Part shown: piece by piece, positions 1-14,164 of the stretch
How positions within the stretch are numbered: the first letter of the stretch is position 1
How the letters are laid out: every line of letters begins with the position of its first letter
Source: Octopus vulgaris
Taxonomy: Eukaryota
Assembly: GCA_951406725.2 (NCBI GenBank)
Contig: OX597827.1
Span: 14,508,001-14,572,000 of the forward strand
Reading direction: 5' to 3'
Length of the DNA stretch: 64,000 bases
The notes under the pieces: generated by a model
What the model saw: the letters and a program-made list of their open reading frames with translations, nothing else
Told to the model about the DNA's origin: nothing
The model's database searches: none
Position numbers and translations under genes: made by a program

Positions 1-619
1 ATATACTAACTCGTATATATATATGTGTGTGTGTGTGTGTGAGTGTACACCTACACACACACACGCACATTATTCCCTTTCATTGTCATTTCCTTTCCTT
101 TGCTCATCTTATATGCATGCAACTTTTATCTTTTTTTATTCTTTCTCCTTACTATCCCCGATTTTTTAACATTTCTTTTTACCCGCCAACACTTACAACA
201 CTTTGATTTTTCACCCTTTTGTGAGGAATAAATGAGTTGAAATCTCGGCCTGGTGACGTTGTCTTGGATACATTCTATCAGTAGAAATGGAGGATTTCAG
301 TTTCTTATCTCAGAAACTGTATCACTTAAGTTTAATGACTAAACTAATGCATAAAACGCTAGCCATTCGCTCAGTTACATTGATTAAGAGCAGGAGAGAG
401 GGATGCTGGAGGTGAGTGCACCATCTCAATCCTGAATATACTAAACAGCTTCCACAAAATTCTAGTCATTGCTTCTTTGCTGCTTTAATAAACCTCCGTA
501 TCAGCTGAAATATAAAGCCAGGGAAACCACTGTCTCTCTCTTCTTTGGTTTTTGCTTTTTGTCTTTTGCTGTTTCTTTCCCCGATTTTACTCTATCATCA
601 CAGACGATTTGATATGCAT

Positions 620-675
<56 letters not shown>

Positions 676-677
<2 letters not shown>

Positions 678-1106
678 TCTTTTACTCATTTTTTTTTACT
701 CTTTTACTTGTTTCAGTCATTTGACTGCGGCCATGCTGGAGCACCGCCTTTTAGTCGAGCAAATCGACCCCGGGACTTATTCTTTTGTAAGCCCAGTACT
801 TATTCTATCAGTCTCTCTTGCCGAACCGCTAAGTGACGGGGACGTAAACAAACCAGCATCGGTTGTCAAGCAATGCTAGAGGGACAAACACAGACACACA
901 AACATATACATACACATACATATATATATTTATACATATATACGACAGGCTTCTTTCAGTTTCCGTCTACCAAATCCACTCACAAGGCTTTGGTCGGCCC
1001 GAGGCTATAGTAGAAGACACTTGCCCAAGATGCCACGCAGTGGGACTGAACCCAGAACCATGTGGTTGGTTAGCAAGCTACTTACCACAAAGCCACTCCT
1101 ACGCCT
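676..1106 (-). mobile_element. tRNA-derived SINE family A (internal microsatellite)
   Basis: Has an A box (tggctttgtgg), B box (ggttcagtccc), a CORE-like cttgggcaagt motif and an (aaagagt)n tail. More than 15 similar copies or fragments occur in the window. Confidence 0.85.
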
Positions 1107-1383
1107 ATATAGTTATAAAATCTCAAGAAAAGATACAGTACTAACGTATACTCTACTGTATACTCAGTTACCATCCTCACACTTTTTATCTACTCATTTA
1201 TTACTGACTCATGACTAAAACGTGGTTAGTGCTGACATCTCAGGAAATGGTGACATCTACGAAACGTTCAACGAATCGTATGCTTTTATCTACCTAGTGT
1301 TACCAGACGTTTTTATTTTTATTTTTTTTGCAACCACTCTATTCTATCTAACGAATCAGATGAACGTCGAGGATACTCTTGAG

Positions 1384-1671
1384 CAGAGGTTTTCAACAAT
1401 AGTTTTGTTCACGGACCCCTTTGGTTACTAATATATTCAGGTGGACTCCCCATGATTATTCGATGTTTTAAAACTAATTTCATTGATACTTCTTTCAAAA
1501 CTCTTATTTTGTTTTACACACATTAACTCGTGTTGGTTGAACTATGTAAAACGTTAGAAAAAGAAATCTGTTTCTTACAGTAAATACATGTAAAGCAAGA
1601 TTTTTTTCATAGACCCTTAAAATACTTCTGTGGGTCCCCGATTTACTATGGACCCCGGTTGAAAAGCCCTG
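1384..1671. mobile_element. Degenerate hAT-type MITE
   Basis: TIRs cagaggttttcaac / gttgaaaagccctg. The 8-bp flanks match at 5/8 positions (ctcttgag / ttctacag). Confidence 0.6.
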
Positions 1672-2520
1672 TTCTACAGTAGTAGGGGACCGGATCGACC
1701 AAACTGTTATTATTATACTCTACCATATTAATCTGGTATTTTCTCACATTCATTAATAAATGCACACACAAGTATAATACATATGTAATGGGAGAAATTT
1801 ATTAGTAAACATTATTATGAAATGTTATGAAATGTCAGAGTCAGCAGTTGTGACGATAAAAGTTTGTTGTTGTTATTATTGCATACCGTAGGATATGAAA
1901 GATGAACAATGCATGAAGTTTTAAGGAAGTATTTACCGTTACGTTACAATACCTTGGCTCGACGACGGGCAGGTTATGATAAATCCAAAAGCATGCGAAG
2001 TAAAGTTTGTGCTTGTGTTCTATTCATTGTTTAGTAGTAAATACAGAGAGAGATAGAATGATGTTGTAAGAGAACAGAATTAGAGCTAGTGAGAGTTGTA
2101 GGGTGTGTCTCCCTCTGACCAATGTTCTAGCTGGTCAGCCAGACTTCGTTGAGTCGTTATCATGTGACAGGACTCGTTGAGTCGTCACCGACTGTGACTG
2201 ATTTTTTGTTTGGGGTGTGCTTGCTTTTATAACTATCCAGAAGGATAGATATATCGTTGAGAACAATAGATTTAGTTGATGGTTCTGTTATCTCTATTCT
2301 AGCTTTTGGTGAATTAGAAGAGGTTAGAAAGGGTCAAGTGGGGAAGACATTATTTCAGGCCTAGCTAAAGGCATCTGGAAAATGTAAAACTGCTGTCACA
2401 GAAAAACCATTGTTCCACCGTAGGAAACGTTCAGTTGCAGTGTTAATTTAAATTTGGTTATGGTGGATCGAATCCACTTCGTGCATGCAAGATTCACAAC
2501 ACATAGATATATGTACGCAT

Positions 2521-2581
<61 letters not shown>

Positions 2582-2922
2582 TATATCAGAATGGCATGAA
2601 ACCCTAGGCCTTTGAGTCACTGATGTAGTTTCTTGACTATAAATAAAATATGTGCAATATACTATATGTGCTGGGTTATAGATCTTTGGCTGGTATAAAC
2701 TATCGTGTGTGTATGTATGAATCCATGTATGTATGTATGTATGTATGTACGCGCGCGTGCACATATAAACGCAAACACATATATATTAGAAATAGTCGAT
2801 GATTTACTCTGCAACTATTTGGAATTTTTTTATGTATGGTATTTCAATTAACTTCGAATCGAATATATGCACTTACTTCGGACCAGCAGTTCGATGCTCG
2901 ATAGTCCAAAGTGATTAGATAC

Positions 2923-3150
2923 CTATTTCTTTACTACCCACAAGGGGCTAAACACAGAGAGGACAAACAAGGACAGACAAACGGATTAAGTCGATTATAT
3001 CGACCCCAGTGCATAACTGGTACTTAATTTATCGACCTTGAAAGGATGAAAGGCAAAGTCGACCTCGGGTGAATTTGAACTCAGAACGTAACGACAGACG
3101 AAATACGGCTACGTATTTCGCCCGACATGCTAACGTTTCTGCCAGCTCGT
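2923..3150 (-). mobile_element. SINE family B
   Basis: Reverse complement of the 20451-20682 copy. Confidence 0.85.
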
Positions 3151-3435
3151 GATTAGATGCCATCAACTAAGTATTAAAAAAATAAAATAAAATAAACATA
3201 GCTCGCCTCACCGCTTGCAACACCCTGAACACTGCATTAACAGAACTTCCCAACAAAATACAGAAGACGTGAAACATCTTGCCTTGTGTACATATTCCGT
3301 TATCATGAAGGATCACAAAAAGTCGGGGATTTTTTCCATTTCTAGGTGTGCATTTATAAACTATTTTATGAGTGAAATGGACTTAGTAAGCTAAGCATTT
3401 TCGATGCGATTAACCGTAGGGTTAGAAATGCTCTT

Positions 3436-3861
3436 GGATCTTTTCGGTTTCAACGGCAGTTTTTTTCTAGCGGTGTCATATGAAATTGTCACCCAGAATT
3501 ATGACCCTAGTATCGATCTATTGCATTTCAATCTGTTTTAGGGTTAGGGTTGGGGGTGGGGGGAAGGGTATCTTTTTTTTCTTCAGAAATGTAAATAAAT
3601 CTAATCTGTTTCTTAAACGAGGGGCATTTTCATACGGCACAGAATGGGTTTTTTTTTACTTCAATAGACGTCACTGATTGGTTGAAATTGCAGAAATTGA
3701 AGAAAAACAACAACAAATATCTTACAAACTATATAATTTTCTCAATAAAGCCAAGAGAAAAAGATGTTTTATAAACACATTCTACCAGTATACGAAGTTT
3801 AAAAGTGTTTAGTTACATGGAAATTATTTTTAAAAAACTGCCGGTCAAACCGAAAACATCC
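3436..3861. mobile_element. MITE family F (GGATCTTTTCGG TIRs, internal TTAGGG-like repeats)
   Basis: TIRs of about 29 bp and a perfect 8-bp TSD atgctctt (3428-3435 / 3862-3869). Confidence 0.9.
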
Positions 3862-4193
3862 ATGCTCTTAGATTAAGTATGTCAGCACGTATTTAACTAT
3901 TTGTCTTCAACGTAACAAGTGTCGCTGGATATTATGCTAAATCATTCTTTGACACAACCAAGTAAAATTTATGATTTGATCTCTTATTCCTCAGAATGCA
4001 TCTGATGATTATTTCATTGATGCTGAAGAGTAGTTTTAGATATTACATCACTTTTTTAATAAGATTCGAACTCAACCAATCTAGATGAAGTCGTCCAACG
4101 TCTCTTCCTGCTAAAGCGGTGTAGCGTGAGTTATGAGGAATGTGTGTACCACAAAGGGCGTCCGTTTTATACAATATATATGCTATAGTCGAA

Positions 4194-4476
4194 GTGGAGG
4201 CACATGGCCTAGCAGTTAGAGCAAGCGGACTCGCGGTCGAGGAATCGCGGGTTCGAATCTCAGACTAGGCGATAGGTGTGTTTATGACCGAAACACCTAA
4301 GCTCCACGCGGCTCCGGCAGAAGGTAACTTCGCCACAACTTTCTCTCACTCTTTCCTCCTGCATCTTTAGGTCACCTGCGACGGACCGGCGTCCCGTCCA
4401 GGTGGGTAACCTATACGCCAAGGAAACCGGGAAACCGGCCCTTATGAGCCAGGCATAGCTCGAGAAGGAACAAACA
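4194..4476 (+). mobile_element. tRNA-derived SINE, head C + tail 2
   Basis: Pol III A/B-box-like head and a 14-bp TSD atgctatagtcgaa (4180-4193 / 4477-4490). Confidence 0.85.
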
Positions 4477-4591
4477 ATGCTATAGTCGAAAGTATGTTAC
4501 ATTCAAGGAAGGTGGCCTTAAAGGGCGGCCCCAGCCCTCACTACGCCACAGGCTTCCTCCACCTTTAGATTCTTTTTCTTTTTTATCGTTT

Positions 4592-5215
4592 ATCTTTTAC
4601 TTGTTTCAGTCATTGGAGTGCGGCCATGCTGGAGCACCATCTTGAAGGCTTTAGTCGAACAAATCAACTCCGATATATTTTTAAACTCTAGTACTTATTC
4701 TCTCGGTCTCTTAAATCGAAACGCTTAGTTACGGATGCGTAAACAAACCAACACCGGTTGTCAGGTGATGAAGGGGTTCAAACACAAGGTCACGCACATA
4801 CGTGCATGCATACACACACACACATTCATACATGCGTACATACATACAAACATTCACATACATACAGATATACTAACATACACACACATACATACATACT
4901 TAATACAAACATGCATACACACACACACACACACATTCATACATACATGCATACATACAAACATTCACATACATAGATATACTAAAATACATACATACAT
5001 ACTTAATACAAACATGCATACATACATACAAACACACACACACACTCGACGGTGCCCCACACAGTTTCCGTCTACTAATTTCACTTACAAGTCGTCAGTC
5101 GGCCCGGGGCTATAGTAGAAGACACTTGTCCAAGGTGCCAAGAAGTGGGACTGAACCCGACCCAAACCACACGGTTGCAAAGCAAGCTTATTAATTACAC
5201 GGCCATGCCCGCACC
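4592..5215 (-). mobile_element. Older SINE family A copy with an expanded, internally duplicated (~105 bp x2) microsatellite
   Basis: Diverged homology to family A, with a tandem block at about 4805-5012. Confidence 0.7.
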
Positions 5216-6233
5216 TTCTGTTCTTGTTATGAATATTGGCGGGCAAAACCAACGGCAACGCGAAATGGAAGACGAAAATACTTGTAAGCTGTTACCAAAA
5301 GATAAAACTATACATGACTATTATGAAAAGCGAAGTGGAGATGTGCCAACAGACGACCAGTTATTATAATTGTAATTGTTCGAAGCAAGAACAGAGACCA
5401 GTTACTGCTCTAAGACATGAAGAGGATTTAAAAGATTGGTTAATGTTCGTTCAATAATTAATGAGAGTTTTGAAAATACTGTCTTTGCTGCTACTGCTGC
5501 TGAATATGGTTTTCTTTGAAGTACTTACATGAAAAACAGGCGTGCATTTCTTGGTTGAAAGTTCTGCACAGATCAGCGTTATAATATTTCCCTTTTATTT
5601 TACACAAACCACGTGTTTCTGTGTAGCTGCCTAGTCTTCGGAATTTTGCGAAATTTGAAGAAATGAAAAGAAACCACTTTATTTCAATTTCTTAGTTTTC
5701 GTTTTATTCTATTTTATTTTGCTTTATCGGTTTTAATTTAAAAATTGCAACTTATAATTAATTCCTTCCACTTTAGAATTATTCCTTTTAAAGTTGCCGA
5801 ATATAACGGCAAGTGAACACATATGAGCGACGAGGGGAGGAGGTACAGTAACAGCTTAGTAACTCCTCCTTTCTTTTGTATTAAAGTATTTATTATTTTA
5901 TTCTCTCTCTCTCTTTCTTTCTTTCTTTCTCTCTCTCTCTTTCTCTCCTCCTATTTTTGCAGTCGTTGCTATTACTAGAATTGCAATTATTACTAAGGCG
6001 GAGAAAGGCGGCGAGCTGACAGAAATGTTAGCAAGCCGAACTAAATGCTTAGCGGCATTTAGTCCGCCTTCAAGTTCTGGATTCAAATTCCACAGAGGTT
6101 GACCTTGGTTTCAATCATTACAAGGTCGATAAAAAAAGAAGTACCATCTGTGCACTGGGTTCGATGTAATCACCAAAACCTCCTCCCACAAAGGATTTCA
6201 GGATTATTACTAAGACTGTGTGATGGTAGAATT

Positions 6234-6500
6234 GTGGATGCGCAATGGCCCAGTGGTTAGGGCAGCGGACTCGCGGTCGGAGGATTGCGGTTTCGATTCC
6301 CAGACCAGGCGTGGCGTGGTGTGAGTTTATTGAGCGAAAACACTTAATGCTCCACGAGGCTTCGGCAGGGGGGGGGGTCCCTGTTGTACTCTTTCGCCAC
6401 AACTTTCACTGTTTCTTGAGTAACGCTGCGATGGACTGGCGTCTCGTCCAGCTAGGGGGGAACACATACGCCATAGAAACCGGGGAAACCGAGCCATTCA
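6234..6500 (+). mobile_element. tRNA-derived SINE, head C + tail-2-like
   Basis: Head gtggatgcgcaatggcccagtggttaggg and a tail containing acgccatagaaaccgggg. Confidence 0.7.
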
Positions 6501-7969
6501 ATGACTCACAAGGACCAGTGATTTCATTCCGGTGAGAATCCTTGGACTAATCAAGTAAATTTTCTGGCTATAAATTTGCTGTCATTTCGCACCTTTAGAC
6601 CACGATAGATTATTTCAGACCCTGGTCTTGTTGTTGTTTTGTGTGTGTGTGTGTGGAGAGGGGGGTGAGGGTTCTTTTGCAAAAGAGATTCGTTTTAATT
6701 ACAAAAACTCTCTCCCGCCTACCATCCCCATCTGACACCGTGTGGTTTCCATTTGTTTTTGCACATTTCTACTAGTTCTCCAAAATGATTGGCAATGACC
6801 TAACCCCAGTAAAACGGTCTTTGCGCTCTTCTCTCTCTGTCTCACTCTCTCTCTCTCTCCCTCTCTTTCTCTCCCTCTCTTTATCTAGCCCTTTGAAAAA
6901 CCTCAACACACGCATACCGTGCTATCATTCCGAGTGTTCGCAATAATATATTCGGTCGTTTCTTGGCACAAATATTATTTCCCAACGCCAATGTTTCGCT
7001 TATCGGTTAAAACCCATTTCGCTTCCTTTTTGGTGTTAATGTCATTGTGAAAGACAAAAATGTTCCAATTTCCCATTTCTTTTCTCATAAAAATCTTGGG
7101 AAATTCTTTTTTTATCTCCTTCTTCGTCGTCGTCGACATCGGCGTCGTCTTCTTCTTCTTATCTATTAATAAACCTTATCTACCTCCCTCTCATTCATAT
7201 TGCTCTAAACCAATATTATAAATTTAATCCATTTTAACTGGCATATCAGAGAAATCTCGCCAACAAGACAAGTTATCGTTTGTGCCTATAACAACTTATT
7301 TTGTTTCAGTGAACACATTGCTAAGAAACGAATATCATGTGATTAAAAAAAAAAAAAGAAAAGAAACATGAAGAAGAAAAAAAAAGGAATCAATGCCAGA
7401 AATATTACAATCTTTAGTTGCTAAAATGCTGCTTGAAAAATATCAACACAGGCAGCGTCAAATAGATAGAAGCGTTTTCTAAGCGAAGAAATGATAAGCA
7501 TAGTCATAATGTAACTTTAAGAATCGGTGGTGGTTTGGCAGACTTGGTGTAGTGACGGACAAAACACCTCACGCTATTTAGTTGTTGTAGTTTTATGTTC
7601 TGAGTTCAAATCGACTTTGCGTTTCATTTTTTCCGGAGTCAATAAAATAAGCTTCAGATACAACTTTACAAAAGCTCGTGTAACCTAGTAACTCAACACA
7701 TATGGATAGTGTGGGTTAGCGACTCATCATCCTCAACTGCACATGCATTTCTCTTGATCAGGACAACCATAGCACGTGCACTCTTACAACTCTCAGAAAA
7801 CAATTAGTATATTCTAGTCTTATATAGCATTAATGTATTATATCTCAGCCTCACTTCTATACATACTTGCATATTAATAATTGTTAGGGACACCGTATTT
7901 CGTCATACAACCATAATATACTAAAGACTTATTACTCAATACTGTTTTCTATCTGTGGATGGTTAATGG

Positions 7970-8095
7970 GTTGAATATGGTACTGATGAAGGGGCAATAA
8001 TTCCTGAAATATGCATATACACCTATTAATTAGTTGGATATGGTACTGATGAAGGGGCAATAATTCCCGAAATATGCATATACACCTATTACCTA
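7970..8095 (+). ncRNA. Two tandem minimal type I hammerhead ribozyme-like motifs (63-nt period)
   Basis: Each unit reads CTGATGA, stem II (aggg..tcct or ggg..ccc), GAAA, palindromic ATATGCATAT, then cacc. Stem I is weak. Confidence 0.6.
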
Positions 8096-8383
8096 TTTTT
8101 CTATCGCACAGTTTACATAGACGTATTCGTATACGAAATGTTATAACTTATAATGCTGGCTCTAGTTTCTATAGAAAATTTATATAGATGACTTTTAAAT
8201 TACTTGCATATATACACAAACACATACATACACGTATTAAAACTTTGACAAGAAAGGGAGCGACAGTGACTTCGAAGTTTCGTCCTGTAAGCCTTCGTAA
8301 GACTATCTGTAAGTTACTGTCATTCCTCTTCATGTAAAAGTTTGATAAACCTGTACTCTGCAAAAAAAAAAAAAAATGATGAT

Positions 8384-8788
8384 AGGCGCAGGAGTGGCTG
8401 TGTGGTAAGTAGCTTGCTTACCAACCACATGGTTCCGGGTTCAGTCCCACTGCGTGGCACCTTGGGCAAGTGTCTTCTACTATAGCCTCAGGCCGACCAA
8501 AGCCTTGTGAGTGGATTTGGTAGACGGAAACTGAAAGAAACCCGTCGTATATATGTATATATATTTGTATGTATATATTTGTGTGTATATGTTTGTCCCC
8601 GCAACATCGCTCGACAACCGATGCTGGTGTGTTCACGTCCCCCGTAACTTAGCAGTTCGGCAAAAGAAACCGATAGAATAAGTACTAGGCTTACAAAGAA
8701 TAAGTCCTGGGGTCAATTTGCTCGACTAAATGCGGTGCTCCAGCATGGCCACTGTCAAATGACTGAAACAAGTAAAAGAGTAAAAGAG
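8384..8788 (+). mobile_element. SINE family A
   Basis: Full-length copy from ggcgcaggagtggctgtgtgg to aagtaaaagag. Confidence 0.9.
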
Positions 8789-8969
8789 AATCCTTCAGTT
8801 TAAAATTGGTTTCAAATTTTGGTACAAGCAGTTGAAGGGGAGAGTGCAAGTCGACTTATTTTATTTTATCGACCCCTAAAAGGCAAAGTCGAACACGGCA
8901 GAATTTGAGCTCCGAACATAAAGTCAGATGAAATGCTGCCAAGCATAATTCTCCGGCACCGTAACTATT

Positions 8970-9203
8970 CTATTTCTTTATTACCCACAAGGGGCTAAAC
9001 ACAGAGGGGACAAACAAGGACAGACAAATGGATTAAGTCGATTACATCGACCCCAGTGCGTGACTGGTACTTAATTTATCGACCCCGAAAGGATGAAAGG
9101 CAAAGTCGACCTCGGCGGAATTTGAACCCAGAACGTAACGGCAGACGAAATACGGCTACGCATTTCGCCCGGCACGCTAACGGTTCTGCCAGCTCGCTGC
9201 CTT
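8970..9203 (-). mobile_element. SINE family B
   Basis: Full-length homology to the 20451 copy. Confidence 0.85.
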
Positions 9204-9590
9204 CCTTCACTTTAATGTGTGCGTGCGTGTGTGTGTGTGTGTGTGTTCGACACTAGAACGTTGTAAGGCAATGTACACTTTGGTTAGATTTGAACTCAGA
9301 TGTAATGACCGTAAATAAATACCATTTCTTTTTCTTCTTTTTTTTGTTTTTTTTTTTGGCACTCAAACGATTTTTTCCAATCTACCTACCACTCTGTATT
9401 CGAAATACTTTTTAACTTCAGCTTTTCATCTCTTCGAATATTTGATTTTCTCATTTTTATGTGAATAGAAAAAAAAAAATGCGAAGAAGGAGAAAGAACG
9501 ATAATTTTCTTCATTGTGGTTTATTTATACTTTCTTCGTTCTAATGAAACAAGAACAAAATCTGTGTCTTTTGTGTTAGAAGTAAAACTA

Positions 9591-9744
<154 letters not shown>

Positions 9745-10681
9745 TAATTTAGATATGAATAAGATGCAATATATTCCAGTTTAAATGTAAGAAACGTGCA
9801 GTTGTTTTTCAGCTAACCTTCAAGAGTCGATTTTATTTGGTAGAAAGAAGTTCGTGAGGTTTTTTGGCTTGCTTTTTTTTAATTTTTTTATTTTATTTCT
9901 GTTTTCATTTATTTGTTTATTATTGTACATGTTTCCCCTCTGCTGGCAGTTATCCAAAATGGCTATCATAGGTTGAGCTGTATAATCTACGCTATATTAC
10001 GTATGTGAGACCCTAGCGTACTTCTTTAAATAGTTTTGGCCAATAAAATATGACAAGAGAAAGCAGTTCGTCCGTCACCAGATAAAGATAAAAATGAAAA
10101 AAAATGGCGTTTGTTAAATCGTACAAAGCAATCTAGCGACGAGAATTTGTTTTGCCAACGAAGTGTATACTTGAAGAGGTTAAAACCGTGAGATAGCAAT
10201 ATCTTTACAAAAGATTTTATGCATCTTAATACAATTTCATTCTTTATTTTCTATCTAGTTTAATCCAACTTTTTCCCCTCCTTAACACTTCTGTCACGTA
10301 ATTGCCATAACATAAACGTAGCTAACATCTCATTCTCAGATTTTAACTTGCATACATATATAATCTCCAGTAATTTCCTTTGTAAAATATTGATTTAATT
10401 TAGAATAGTCACGAGGACACTATATGCCTCAGTTTTAAATGAGATTGTGTGAGTTGCACGAGTTCAAGTTAATGCTTGACTGAATTAGCAAAACGAACTC
10501 AAAATCTCCGAAAAATGGGAGAGCCTGTCAGAAATACAGTTTTCAGGAAATTTTTCCCTTTGAGCTAAATCTTCTCTTTTGAGTGTCCCACTTTCTTATG
10601 AATAATTATTCAAATTTTTTTAAGGCAATAACGACCACAAGGTCTCAAAGGGAGGAAGATATGAAATTGTGTCTGGTGTAA

Positions 10682-11389
10682 CTAAATGTGGAACTACTTG
10701 GATCTCCGTCGGTTTTGACGATGAGTATTCAGTAATGCCTTTGAATTAACCAGTGTGTTAGTATTCAACAAAGATTCCTTTATTTTATTCTTTTATTTGT
10801 TTCAGTCATTTGACTGTGGCCATGCTGGAGCACCGCCTTTAGTCGAGCAAATCGACCCCAGGACTTATTCTTTTGTAAGCCCAGTACTTATTCTATCAGT
10901 GTCTTTTGCCGAACCGCTAGGTAACGGGGACGTAAGCACACCAGCATCGGTTGTCAAGCGATGTTGGGGGGATAAACACAGACACACAAACTATACATAT
11001 ATATACATATATATATATACGATGGGCTTCTTTCAGTTTCCGTCTACCAAATCCACTCACAAGGCTTTGATTGGCCCGAGGCTATTGTAGAAGACACTTG
11101 CCCAAAGTGCCACGCAGTGGGACTGAACCCGGAGCCATGTGGTTGGTAAGCAAGCTACTTACCACACAGCCACTCCTGCGCCTATGTACACCTTCCTTTA
11201 GAAACCTCGAGCAGAAGTTGCGTGTCAAATTGTGTGACAAGGCCAGATCTTTGAATTATAAATACAATCCATCTGACAAGGTTCCGCAGTTTCCAGTTTC
11301 ACTCACAAACGTTGGATCGATCCGAGACGCAGAGGGAATGAACGCCTGACCTCATAAATGCAATGCGAACTTCTTAACCACTCGGCCAC
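10682..11389 (-). mobile_element. Old SINE (A-like head + tail-1-like end) hosting a younger family A copy
   Basis: 16-bp direct repeat attgtgtctggtgtaa at 10666-10681 and 11390-11405. Degenerate tail (ctccgtcgg..gacgatgag) and head (ttaaccactcggccac). Confidence 0.6.
10787..11183 (-). mobile_element. SINE family A (nested)
   Basis: Full-length homology to family A. Confidence 0.9.
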
Positions 11390-11478
11390 ATTGTGTCTGG
11401 TGTAAGCTATAAATGATATACTAATGGGACCCGCGAATATTTCACGGAATTAATGGTAAACTTATTGGGTTATTTCTC

Positions 11479-11695
11479 TCTCTTTACTCTTTTACTCTTT
11501 TACTTGTTTCAGTCATTTGACTGCGGCCATGCTGGAGCACCGCCTTTAGTCGAGCAAATCGACCCCGGGACCCATTCTTTGTAAGCCCAGTACTTATTCT
11601 ATTGGCTTCTTTTGCCGAACCGCTAAGTGACGGGGACGTAAACACACCAGTATCGGTTGTCAAGCAATGCTAGGGGGACAAACACAGACACACAA

Positions 11696-11791
<96 letters not shown>

Positions 11792-11954
11792 GACAGGCTT
11801 CTTACAGTTTCCGTCTACCAAATCCACTCACAAGGCATTGGTCGGCCCGGGGCTATAGCAGAAGACACTTGCCCAAGATGCCACGCAGTGGGACTGAACC
11901 CGGAACCATGTGGTTGGTTAGCAAGCTACTTACCACACAGCCACTCCTGCGCCT
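11479..11954 (-). mobile_element. SINE family A
   Basis: Full-length, with a long (CA)n(TA)n core. Confidence 0.9.
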
Positions 11955-12586
11955 ATGCCACTCCTGCAAACTTTATTCAACAAACCTGAAAGCGTAGCTT
12001 GTGTCTATATCAAAAGATAATCGCTCATCTGCTACTCATTAAAAAGTGAAGGAAATTGGAATACAATGATTACTTAATGCACTTTATATATACACTTTAT
12101 ATACTTTGTGTACAATTTAATAGACTTTATACACAACACTCTCACTCTTCGCCTTACCCTTTTTCCCTCTCCTTTTTCTTTCGCTCTTCGCTTTTCTTTT
12201 CAACTAATCACGTGAAAGCGTTACAGACGGGCTAAGTAATGAAGTAACACGCAGAATTATTAAAGATCTTTTAGGAAAAAGAATTAAATTAATTCGTTTT
12301 TGAATGAGCAATGGTTAATATTTATGAAGTAGAATATAGTAGCAGAATTAATTTATTAACACAAAGCGTTGGAAGCTCGATTACAACACTATTCGAACTC
12401 AGATGCAAGAATGACGAGCGAACTGCTACGAAATTTTAATAGCACCACCATAACTACTGTATTTCTTCAAAAAGAATAGCGGTTTCTTTTGAGTACAGTA
12501 ATCCCTCGATTATCGCGGGTGTTACGTTCCCAAACAACCCGCGATATGTGAAAATCGACGAAGTAGAAACAGTACTGTACTGTATA

Positions 12587-12800
12587 CTCTTTACTCTTTT
12601 ACTTGTTTCAGTCATTTGACTGCGGTCATGCTGGAGCACCGCCTTTAATCGAGCAACTCGACCCCGGGACTTATTCTTTGTAAGCCCAGTACTTATTCTA
12701 TCAGTCTTTCTTGCCGAACCGCTAAGTGACGGGGACATAAACACACCAGCATTGGTTGTCAGGCAATGCTAGGGGGACAAACACAGACACACAAACATAT

Positions 12801-12881
<81 letters not shown>

Positions 12882-13045
12882 CGATGGGCTTCTTTCAGTT
12901 TCCGTCTACCAAATCCACTCACAAGGCTTTGGTCGGCCCGAGGCTATAGAAGAAGACACTTGCCCAAGGTGCCACGCAGTGGGACTGAACCCGGAACCAT
13001 GTGGTTGGTAAGCAAGCTACTTACCACACAGCCACTCCTGCGCCT
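12587..13045 (-). mobile_element. SINE family A (nested)
   Basis: Full-length homology to family A. Confidence 0.9.
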
Positions 13046-13518
13046 TTTATTTATTTTATTATTTTTTATAATTTGTATATATTTATTTTATTATTTTTAT
13101 ATATTTAAGCTTTTATAAACTCTCCCCACACTCTTAGGAGTATTGGGGTACTCGTGTCTTCTCTTTTTGACCTCCTGAGTGTTCCATACAGTATGTGCGA
13201 TATTTTGTTTACTCATCTACGATACTCTACGTATTTTCTTTTAATATATTTTAATTAATGTGTTATACAGTGCTATTAATTAATGTGTTACACGGTGCTA
13301 TACTGTATTTTTATTTATTAATTCATTAATTTTTAGGCATGAAAATGCTTATTTTACTACAGAAATATTTAGAATCTAAAAAATATAAATACCAATTGGC
13401 CGCAGAAACCCGCGGTATGCTGAGGAGTGCGCGATATAAATTTACATATATTAGCCAGAAAACATCCACAAGGTACTGGGGGTGCAATATGTGAACCGCG
13501 ATATGGTGAGTGATTACT

Positions 13519-13894
13519 GTGGAGGCGCAATGGCCCAGTGGTTAGGGCAGCGAACTCGCGGTTTCGATTCCCAGACCGGGCGTTGTGAGTGTTTATTGAG
13601 CGAAAACACCTAAAAGCTCCACGGGGCTCCGGCAGGGGATGGTGGTGATCCCTGCTGTACTCTTTCACCACAACTTTCTCTCACTCTTACTTCCTGTTTC
13701 TGTTGTACCTGTATTTCAAGGGGCCAGCCTTGTCACTCTCTGTGTCACGCTGAATATCCCCGAAAACTACGTTAAGGGTGCACGTGTCTGTGGAGTGCTC
13801 AGCCACTTACACGTTAATTTCACGAGCAGGCTGTTCCATTGATCGGATCAACCGGAACTCTCATCATCGTAACCGACGGAGTGCTTCTGCATCC
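13519..13894 (+). mobile_element. tRNA-derived SINE, head C + tail 1
   Basis: TSD gagtgattact (13508-13518 / 13895-13905). Near-identical to the 14973 and 58320 copies. Confidence 0.9.
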
Positions 13895-14164
13895 GAGTGA
13901 TTACTGTACATATGCAAATTATATACTTACTTACGTACGTACGTATGTATGTCATTATTCAGTTTTTCAAAATTTCTTGCCACTAGAGAAAGAGCCGATT
14001 TCTAACCTACATCTAAGGCTTCTTCATTGGAATTTCAACAACATCAACTGGGGTATTTTTGCATGTATGTGTATATATGTGCATTATTTGCAGTCAGCGC
14101 ATGTGCAAAATTGTACGATTTGTTTTATGTGTGTTTTCTCATGCATATAGTTGTATGTCTAGAT

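Larger units (their letters stand above)
12496..13906. mobile_element. Tigger/pogo-like non-autonomous DNA transposon carrying two nested SINEs
   Basis: TA-flanked TIRs cagtaatccctcgattatcgcgg and ccgcgatatggtgagtgattactg. The right TIR is partly duplicated by a SINE TSD. The terminal architecture resembles Tigger-derived MITEs. Confidence 0.7.

Noticed and set aside
863-1218. Recurrent ORFs such as QIHSQGFGRPEAIVEDTCPRCHAVGLNPEPCGW
   Set aside because: Antisense translation of SINE family A, not a gene family.
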